Of a stretch of DNA of 64,000 nucleotides, positions 53,964-64,000 are shown piece by piece. Source of the DNA: Octopus vulgaris (Eukaryota); the NCBI GenBank assembly GCA_951406725.2, contig OX597827.1, forward strand, positions 682,001 through 746,000, read 5' to 3'. The position numbers and the translations under genes are program-made. Every line of letters starts with the position of its first letter. Position 1 is the stretch's first letter. The notes under the pieces were generated by a model. It made no database searches. It saw nothing but the letters and a program-made list of their open reading frames with translations, and had not been told where the DNA came from.

Positions 53964-54676
53964 TCATAATAAAACAACAAGGAAATCATGAAAACGGCTC
54001 GTACACCTAAACAGAGCAAATAAAGAAGATAGCATACACAACTTAGAAGCAAATAGTTGAAAGAAGAGAGGGGGGGGGGGGCACAGATGGGAAGAGTGAG
54101 AGAGAGAAAGAGAGAGAGGGCGAATGCAGAGACAGAGAGGGAGGGCAAAGAAAGAGAGGGTGAAGAAGGTGTGAGGGCAGGGAGGAGAGAGATGAAGGAA
54201 TGAATAGATGTTATTATCTAATCGAGAAGTTTCTTTGCAATTGTGATGCAGTGAATACGGTTTCTAAGCCAAACTGAAAGCGAATTCCTGTGCCTTGTCG
54301 GTGTTGTTTGTAGTATCGACGGCTTGCGAAGCACTTCAAAGTGGATACGTCGGTGTTTTAGAGAACAAAAAAAGAAAAAAAAGAACAACTTAAAGGAAGA
54401 AAGACAAAGAAGAAAAGGATGATGATGGTGATGGTGATGATGATGATGATGATGAAGAAGAAAAGAGAGAAAGAATGAACTTGCGGCTGTTGACAACAAT
54501 TGTTGCATTGGTATAATTGTGAGGTAGACAAGCACACACACACACATATATACGCACATGCACGAATATACATACACAGAAACTTGCACATACTTATACA
54601 CGAATGTGGGCACGCACACACACACACTCACACACACACACATACGGTCGAGTGTTGAGATGGGAGGAGGATATGA

Positions 54677-54711
<35 letters not shown>

Positions 54712-54841
54712 CACAATGTTATGTATTTAATTATATGCATATATATATGTAAATTCATTTATATGTATATATATATATATCTACTTATATAAATGCATAT
54801 ATATGCATGTTTATTTATTCAAATACAGATATATATGTTGA

Positions 54842-54891
<50 letters not shown>

Positions 54892-55131
54892 TATCTATGC
54901 ATGTATATATACCTGTATTTGTCTATATATATGTGTATGTATGCATGCATGTATGTATATATATATATGTGTGTGTGTGTTTAGATGTATAAGCATACCT
55001 ACCTACCTACTTACCTACCAATCTACCTACATATCTATCTATCTATTTATCTATCTATCGACCTATCTATCTACCCTTATCTATTTATGCCTGTATAAAT
55101 GTACGCATACACACACCTTTATATACATACA

Positions 55132-55170
<39 letters not shown>

Positions 55171-55432
55171 TTATCTATATATATATACATATACATATTT
55201 ATCTATATATATATACATATATATTTATCTATACATATATATTTATCTATATATATATACATATACATATACATACATATATATATGTATATGTGTATAT
55301 ATATATTTATATATATATATATGTATATGTGTGTGTATGTATATGTGTATATAAACATAAATACATACACATACACGCACACACACACATATATGTATGT
55401 ATATATATTGATAAATATATAGATTGATTGAC

Positions 55433-55466
<34 letters not shown>

Positions 55467-56410
55467 GTAGGTAGGAGGTAGGTGGGTAGGTGGGTAGGTA
55501 GGTAGGTAAGTAGGTAGGTAGGTAGGTAGGTAGGTAGGTAGGTAAGTAGATAGATCTGCTTTCAAGGTGTGAATTGAACGCAAACTCTTGACGTAGGGAT
55601 ACACCATGGCTGTTGTGGCGGCGGCGGCAATGGTGGTGATATGTGATGGAGGTGGTTGTGCATGTGGAGAGACATAAAGAAAGAAAGGAAGAAAGAACGA
55701 AATGTATAGATAATCGAAGAAGTATATTCAGACAAAAATAAAGAAAGAGAATCGGTGGAAAAAAATAAATGATAGAATTGAAGAAAGCGGGAGAAAAATA
55801 GAGTTTTATAAACGAAAATATCATCAAAGATGAAAATGAAATGAAAGAGAAAGACATACATAAAGAAGAAAATTGAATTGAAGAATGAAAATGAATTAAA
55901 GAAAATTTAAAGAGTATTAAAAAATAGAAGGAATGAATAAAAAATAATGAGAAAATGAATGTTTAAAGAACGAAGAAAAATATAATGAAAGAGAGAATGA
56001 GTTAGTAAAGAAAGAAAAGGGGACGAAGCAAGGTTTGGTAGACAGAAAAAGGGTGGCAAGACAGAGGGAATGAAATGAAAGAGTGAAATGTTTAACCAAT
56101 GAAGGAAAGACGGTGTGGATAAAGGAATGAAATCAGGAGAGAAAAGTGAGAGAGAGAATGAAATAAATGAATAATGAATGAGAACTTAGAGATATAACGA
56201 TAAGGAATAAAAAAAAAGAGAAAATAAGAATGATAGACATAAAATGTGAATAAATAGGAAGAAAAAATGTGAAGAATTAAAAGAGAAAAACGAACGATTA
56301 CAAGAATAAGAGCAAAAATGTCATAAAAAATAAATGAATAGGTAAAGGAAAAATAATGAAGGTGAATAAATGATTAAAGCGAAATATTCATTAATGAAAG
56401 ATGTAAGATA

Positions 56411-56560
56411 GGCGCAGGAGTGGTTGTGTAGCCAGAAGCTTGATTCCCAACCACATTCAGTCCTAATGCGTGGCACGTTAGGCAGCAGGTGCCTTCGACT
56501 ATATCCTCAGGCCGACCAAAGCCTCGTGAGTAGACGGAATCTAAAAGAAGACCGTCGTAT
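56411..56560 (+). mobile_element. SINE family A, 5' half
   Basis: GGCGCAGGAGTGGTTGTG...GGCCGACCAAAGCC...AGACGGAA. Confidence 0.8.
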
Positions 56561-56565
56561 ATACA

Positions 56566-56628
<63 letters not shown>

Positions 56629-56667
56629 ACTTTTTATTTATTTATATATATAAGTGTATGTACGTAT

Positions 56668-57372
56668 CGAGTCGAAGATGGCAACACTATGCAGGCGGTT
56701 GGCAGTTTGGATCCTTAGATATTAAGGACCAAGAACAGAGACACAATGCTTCTGTACTGGAGAACCTTTGTCCTCAGTCGTCTGGACTACTGCTCTCAAC
56801 TGTGGTCCCCACAGAGTCTAAGTCTAATTGCGGAACTAGAGGCGATCCAGCGCCACTACACAAAGAAGATAAACACTGTAAAACACATGGGCTAGTAGGA
56901 GAGGTTAAAGGAATTGGGAATCTACTCCCTGGAGAGGAGACGAGAGCGATAAGCAGTGCAATATATATGTAAAATAATGGAGGGTCAAGCTCCAAATTTC
57001 GCAATCGAAATCTACAACAATCTCCGAACTGGACGGCACTGCACAGTACCAAAGGTCCTATCTTCGCCATCGAGGATACGAACCCAATATTGTAATAGCT
57101 TGGGATTCAAGGGACCACAACATTTTAATGCTCTACCACAGAACAACAGGAATCTGCAAGGTGTAGACATGGAAATCTTCAAATAACGTCTAGACAGTTT
57201 TTTATTTGCAATACCGGATGAATCCACTTCGTAGCAGGAGGCATAAAGAAGAGCGGCAACGTCCAAGTCGCTACTTCACCAGAAGCAATAGTGGAAAAAT
57301 TCCCGGATGTAGTAAAGGCGGTGTACCGGCATGGCCTTAGCCTCTGGCTGAAACGCATAAACAGAGGATAAA
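56668..57372 (+). mobile_element. 5'-truncated, decayed relative of the 6.7-10.9 kb LINE
   Basis: LCRRLAVWIL, SRLDYCSQLWSP, SLERRRER, YCNSLGFKGPQ and IPDE motifs with stops and frameshifts; same 3' stem-loop. Confidence 0.9.
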
Positions 57373-57452
57373 ATATATGTGTGTGTGTGTATATATATAT
57401 ATATATGTATATGTATATATATTTATATGTATGCATATGCATATATATGTGT

Positions 57453-57494
<42 letters not shown>

Positions 57495-57503
57495 ATATAT
57501 ATA

Positions 57504-58630
57504 CTAGCAAACGCACCCGTCCTTTGGATGGTTTAAGTTGCTTTGGTGGTTTTTTTTTTCACCAAATATTTGAACTATCGAGAAGGTTTATGAGTAGCAC
57601 GGCAATCTATGTTTCCGATTAATCCAGGAACGGAAAATCAGATTGAAGGCTGGTTATTGTGGAGGTCATCGCACTTTAATGATTATAGGACATATAAGTT
57701 TGCAAGCGATGCAAAGTGGAGCTGCTGAAGTGTTTTGGGAATAGATTACAGATAATGACTACAAAATATAGCTGTTTTACATGAAAGCGAAATTTCTTGT
57801 CAGAAACAGCCACATAAATGGTGTAAGGACATTGCAGGAAGATGTTGAAACTTCCCCTCTGCGAGTTTATTTTGTTCAACAGTAAAGGGAGCTTTTGGAG
57901 GGAGAGATAAGTTAGCAAAAAGCCCCTTTATTCTGTCTTCCAACATAGCCAGCGCATAAACTAACAGCGAATGCTGCATAAGGTTAAATTTGTATGGAGT
58001 TTTCTGAGAGATACGAATAGCTTTCGCTAGTGGAAGCAAAACTCTTATTTAAAGGTTGATTCTTTGAGACGAATTCTATGTAATTGTTTAAAACAGGCTA
58101 GACCGACAATGCTAAATCGTATTTGAAACAATGGACAACAGTCGAAATATTATAATGGATGGGTAAATAAGCATCCTTAAAGTGAAACAACGCATTGGTA
58201 GGTAAACAAAGGTATGAACAAATAGAAGAGAGGGAGGGAACATCACCTTTCAGGTAACACAGAATAGGTAAAGGTAAGCTTGACAAAGTTTAATGCAGTT
58301 TAAACATGGAGAATAAGATTGTTTTGTATTGGATATTCATCGCGTACAGTGTTCCCAGTCAATTTAATCACAGTCGCTGGTGGACAATGGAAATAGATAA
58401 ATAGACAAACACCTTTCACTTTTACAAAAATATTAAAATCCATGGAAGACCCTACGTGCAAAAAAAACTATGTCCATTTACGTCCATTTACGCGGGAGCT
58501 CTGGTCAAAATGTCATAGTGCATGACCATCTTTGGGACGTAGGTTATGTGTAATGTTTGGTGAAAATCGGTTGAGAATTGTGGAAATGTATGCGTTAGTC
58601 ATTATACACACACTGTGTTTTTATATATAA
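57504..58630 (-). mobile_element. Helitron-derived element
   Basis: Minus-strand 3' hairpin ACCATCC-AAA-GGACGGGT followed by CTAG|T; internal IRISQKTPYKFNLMQHSLLVYALAM resembles a decayed PIF1-type helicase end. Confidence 0.6.
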
Positions 58631-58728
58631 ATTTTCTTTTGAATATTTATAAACCAAGATTTATATTTAGACCTATTATTTTATGAATATTACTATTCAC
58701 AAAAAATACTAGGCAATGCATGTATATG

Positions 58729-58799
<71 letters not shown>

Positions 58800-59234
58800 C
58801 AGAGCCAAGCTAATAGCTTAAGGGTGAAATTTAAGATTTCTCAGTTTTCTCCGAATCGGATTTGATAAGTTTTTTTTCCAGCTGGTTTACACACTATGAC
58901 AGCACCATTGTTATGTCTTCACTATTCTGTGTAATGTCCTTTCTTTTTTGTATTTCAGATTCTTTACTTTTGGTAATATGCGACCTGGTCACTGATAAAA
59001 TTTGTGCTACATCTAAACTTATGCGCTTACATCAAACGAAAGGAATCGATAAGAGGCTATCAACCAAAGTACATACAACACTGTATATAACTGCATGTAT
59101 AAAAAATAACAACGTAAATAAGAATAAAATAATTTTATTATACTTATATGAAAGGGATAATAGTTCGGAGTTAGAATTGTTGGAACTTCGGTAAAATGCT
59201 TTACTGTTTTTTTTTTGTTTCATCTCTTTACATT

Positions 59235-59960
59235 CTGATGAGTTCAAATCCCGTTGAAGTCAACTTTTCTGTTCTTCCTTTTGGATATTAGAGTAGATTG
59301 TATCGTCTGACATCTCTCCCGTTACAATTGTTATCGCTGAGGTTAAAACGGAAACCAATATTAATATGAAAGAAAACATTTAAGTTAGTACGCCGGGCAA
59401 AATACTTAGTGGCATCTCGTCCATCTTTACATACTGAGTTCCAGTCCCACCGAGGTCAACTTTGCTTTTCATGCATTCGGAGTCGATGAATTAAGTAGTA
59501 GTGAACCCCTTCGCCGGATCTTATTGACCTTGTGCTAAGATTTGAAACCAATATGAAAAGAGAACATTAAGGAAGCCCGCTGGCAGAGCCATTACCCCGT
59601 TAAACAAAATTCTTAGTGATATTTTTCTCTCAGCTGTTTACGTTCTGAGTTCAAATACCGCCAAGGTCAACTTTGCTTTTCATCCTTTCGAAGGCGACAA
59701 AATTAGTATCACTTGAGCACTGGGATCGATGTAATCGACTTCTCCCTCCTCTCAAGATTGCTATCGTTGGGCGAAAATTAGAACGAATATGTAAGAAATC
59801 CGAAAACCATCATCATCATCATCAATATTATTATGCAGTAGATTGGCAGAATTATAAGAGCGTCGAACAAAATGCGATACGGTATTTAGTAATGCCATTT
59901 AAATTCTAAATTTAAATCCCGCCAAGATAGCTTTTTTCGGCCTGCAGGGGCCAAGAGCAT
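59235..59960 (+). repeat. Head-to-tail cluster of about 4 diverged family D units
   Basis: The GAGTTCAAAT..CG..GAGGTCAACTTT core recurs at ~59240, ~59436, ~59647 and ~59907. Confidence 0.7.
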
Positions 59961-60039
59961 TGACTATTTATTTCCCTTTAAAATAGCTTTCAGTGTCTGA
60001 ACTAGAAAATTTGTTCTGCAAACAGTTATTTTTTTTTCA

Positions 60040-60416
60040 TCTTTTAGCCTTTACTTGTTCCTGTCATTAGACTGCGGCCATGCTGAATAATCTTTAATCG
60101 AATCAATTGACCCCAGGACTTATTTTTTAAGCGTGGTACTTATTTTACCGCTGTCTTTTGCTGAACAGCTAAGTTACAGAGGTAAACACACCAACACCGG
60201 TCGTCAACAGCTGGTGTGGGTCGAACTCACACACATTTATATATATATTTATACAACGAGCTTCTTTCCGCTTCTGTCTACCAAATCCACTCACAAAGCA
60301 CGGGCGGGACGAGGCTGTAGTAGAAGACACATGCCCGAGATCCTGCATTGTGGGACTGAGCCCGAGACCATGAGGTTGGCAAGCAAGCTTCTTTCCACAC
60401 AACCATGCCTACGCCT
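60040..60416 (-). mobile_element. SINE family A, near full length
   Basis: GTCATTAGACTGCGGCCATGCTG tail through TGGGACTGAG...CCACACAACCATGCCTACGCCT head. Confidence 0.85.
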
Positions 60417-60489
60417 ATGGTACCATCACTGTGGTGAGTATACCTACATAACTAAAATACAAATAAACACTAAAATATTGGTTTCAAAT

Positions 60490-60764
60490 TTTGACACAAA
60501 GCCAGCAAGTTAGGGATAAGGGGTTGGTCGATTACTTATTTTAACGACCCCGAAAGGAAGAAGGATAGTTGCGACCTCTGCGGAATTTGAACTTAGAACG
60601 TAAAGACTGACGAAATACTTAATTCTTTACTACCCACAAGGGGCTACACACAGAGGGGACAAACAAGGACAGACAAACGGATTAAGTCGATTACTTCGAC
60701 CCCAGTGCGTAACTGGTACTTATCTAATCGACCTCGAAAGGATGAAAGGCAAAGTCGACCTCGG
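60490..60764 (-). mobile_element. Two family D fragments
   Basis: GACCTCTGCGGAATTTGAACTTAGAACG, and a close reverse-complement match to 43915-44055. Confidence 0.8.
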
Positions 60765-60890
60765 CTATTGAGCAGAATATTTGCTGTAGCCCATCTTTTA
60801 TACCAAGACAAAACAATGTAAATGATAACACTTCCAATCAGTTAAGATCAGATGCCATGAGAGCCACTGCCTGGTACTGCATCAGGGCAT

Positions 60891-61107
<217 letters not shown>

Positions 61108-62738
61108 TACAGCCCTAAATTTTTTAGCCTTGTAGCAAAATTTGAAAGCAAGAGACAGTGAGCTAGCAGACTTGTTAAGCACGCTAGACAATATGGCTTA
61201 GCGGCATTTCATCCGTCTTCTTGCTCTTAGTTCACACTCTACCGAGGTCGACATTGCCTTTTATCTTTTCGGATTCGACACGATATTTCAGACCTTGTGC
61301 CCATAGTAGAAAGGAGTATTGTTATTATTTATAATGAATTATTGTTGATGTTGTTGTTGTTGTTGTTGTCGTTAGCGCTTGTATTATTTCACCGCAGCTA
61401 TTTCTGCCGCCATCGTCATTTCTGCCGCTGTTGATGTGGCGTTTGTTATCTCTGCGTTTCCCCTTTTGTGGTCGCCGTTGCTGTTGTGGCGATGGCTTAT
61501 TGTTGTTTCGTAGCCTTTCCCTATCGCTGGATCTGTGTGAGAAAAAAAAAAAAGAAAAGAAAACACACACTCAAACTCACACACTAACACATGCACACAT
61601 ACACACCTATTCAAACATCACTGCCGCACAATTACCACCACCACCATCACCACCACCGCCGCCGCCGCCACCACCAGCAACAACAACAATGACATCAACA
61701 AACTCAGACAAAACAAAATGACGTTTTAAGCTAGTTTTTATGAATGTGAGGTAAGGGCTGTCGGTCTTTTATCGCAATAGCGATATTCTTTTGCTACGAC
61801 GAATGAATAGAGATCGAAGCCAGCGTTTATCAAACTTTGAACTGGGGAAACAATGAGAGACAGTCTTATTCAGCTTTCGCTGCTTTTCATCTCGGCTTAT
61901 TATAACAAGTAGCGTTGCAAAGGGGAGATAACAAAAAATAAACATAAGAAAAAAAAAATATACAGAATATTAAACAACATAAGGGGAAACAAAAATATAT
62001 ATACATATATGTATATATATATATATATATATATACACGAAAAAGAAAGCGAAAAACACATGGTCGAAAGCATAGGTATTGTGTTTAAAGGCGCGTTGTT
62101 GTATTTGTACTGGTATATGTCTGTGAGCACGTGACTGCATATTTGTATGTGTGCGTATTGTGTGTGTGTGTAAGCGTGCATACGTGTGTGCATATATGTG
62201 TGTGTGTGTGTGTGTGCGTTGTGTGTGTGTGCGTTGTGTGTGTGGTTTTATGTTAGTGTAGGTGTCTAGATAGATAGGATGTTGGGATTGCTTGTTTTAT
62301 GCAGTTGTGTTTGAATGTGTGTGTGTATGTTTGTGTAGGTGTTTGTGTTTGTATGTAACATATGTATGTATATTATGTATACATATTTCTGTGTATGTAT
62401 GAATTTTTGTGTAGGTGTAAGTATATGTGTGTGTGTGTATGAGTGTGCAAGTATGTGTGTGTATGAGTGTGCAAGTATGTGTGTGTATGTATCTACGTAT
62501 ATGTATATATCTGTATATATGTTAGCGTATATATTACGTAGCTGTCTGCATTCATGCGTGCTTAAGAATGTATCATGAGTACGTGTGATTACGTGTATGT
62601 ATGCATGCATGTGTGTGTGTGTCTGTATGAATGTGTGTATATATATATATGTGTGTGTGTGTGCGTGTGTGCGTTTGTATGTATGTACGTATGTATGTAT
62701 GTATGTATGCATGCATGCATGTATGTATGTAATGTATG

Positions 62739-62798
<60 letters not shown>

Positions 62799-62954
62799 CA
62801 TGTATATATACACCCACTTTAATAGGTGTATGTTTTTGTGAATAATGAGTGTACGTCCCCCAGTGAATGTTTTCAGAGTGAGCGTGTATAAATGTGTGTT
62901 TGAGTGTAGATGAATGTATGGGTGTGTGTGTGTATGTGTGCGTAACTGTAGACC

Positions 62955-63017
<63 letters not shown>

Positions 63018-63652
63018 TGTATGTATGTATGTATGTATGTATGTATGTATGTATGTATGTATGTATGTATGTATGTATGTATGTATGTATGTATGTATGC
63101 ATGTATGTATGTATATGCACGTCTGTTGTTTGTAGGTATGCCTTTACGCATCTGCATATAGTATATATTTAAAAGCAAGTAAATCGTGGGCTGTTCACTT
63201 CTCTGTATTAGATTATATTCCGTGGCATTGAAGGTAAAACACAGTCCTATTGACACATGTGACAGCTGCATCGATACAAAACATTGGCTCTGCGTTGATC
63301 CTGGTGGGCGGCGGCGGCAAAAGCTGTGATACGAAACACTTATAAACATATCTAAACATATCTTAGCAAAAAGATTCTGGGCTATGTATCAGTCACGTGA
63401 CTGACACATACTTCAAAATGTCTGCTGTTACATTTCTTTTTCTTTTTCTTTCTGTGTGTTTTTTTTCCAGCAGATTATCACTCCCTGATTTTTGATTAAT
63501 CCCAAACTTCCTGAAACCTACACATTATATTTGATTCCGAATAAGTTTTAGTCTTTCTTTTAAAAGAATCTTTGAGCCTTTTGTATAAGGCATTGGTTAG
63601 AAGATGTATGTATGTATGTATTTATGTATGTATGGATGCATGAAAATATGTA

Positions 63653-63700
<48 letters not shown>

Positions 63701-64000
63701 TGCGCGTCTGTAATTATGTACGTATGTATGTATATATGTACAAACGTACATACGTACGTTCTACGTATGTATGTTTATATGTCTATATCTTATGAATCAT
63801 TCTTTAAGAAAATTCTTTGGATTTTTCTCTCAAAGAAAGATGCAGTTTCTCAGAAATAAAGTTCCTGCATTGAAATTTAGATGAAGACTTTTGAAAAAGA
63901 AAAAATATTGCATATTTTCTCTGTTCCGCTTTCAATATGGAATTTGTTAAACGCATATTAATAACAATAAACAAATGTATCACGACCTAAAATAGCGGAT

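Overview
AT-rich, microsatellite-dense eukaryotic DNA with no convincing host exon. The SINE families look like those of octopod cephalopods; this is recognition from memory, not a database result. The main element is a near-intact ~4.2 kb two-ORF LINE on the minus strand (6702-10893; ORF1 with a Myb/SANT-like N-terminus and a CCCH finger, ORF2 APE-RT with one frameshift). Around it lie decayed hAT, Tc1/mariner, Helitron, R4/Dong-type and HERO-type fragments, a MITE with an 8-bp TSD, at least four SINE-like families and a U6 snRNA pseudogene. The most interesting signals are RNA-structural: hammerhead-ribozyme motifs in a ~400-bp tandem repeat and in two short dispersed elements, a covarying 3' stem-loop shared by the LINE and the commonest SINE, a TSD-flanked RTE-derived short element with a predicted pseudoknot, and R4/Dong-type copies that appear to target (CATA)n. 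Nearly all short ORFs in the supplied track are microsatellite artefacts. Boundaries of decayed elements are approximate and were read by eye.
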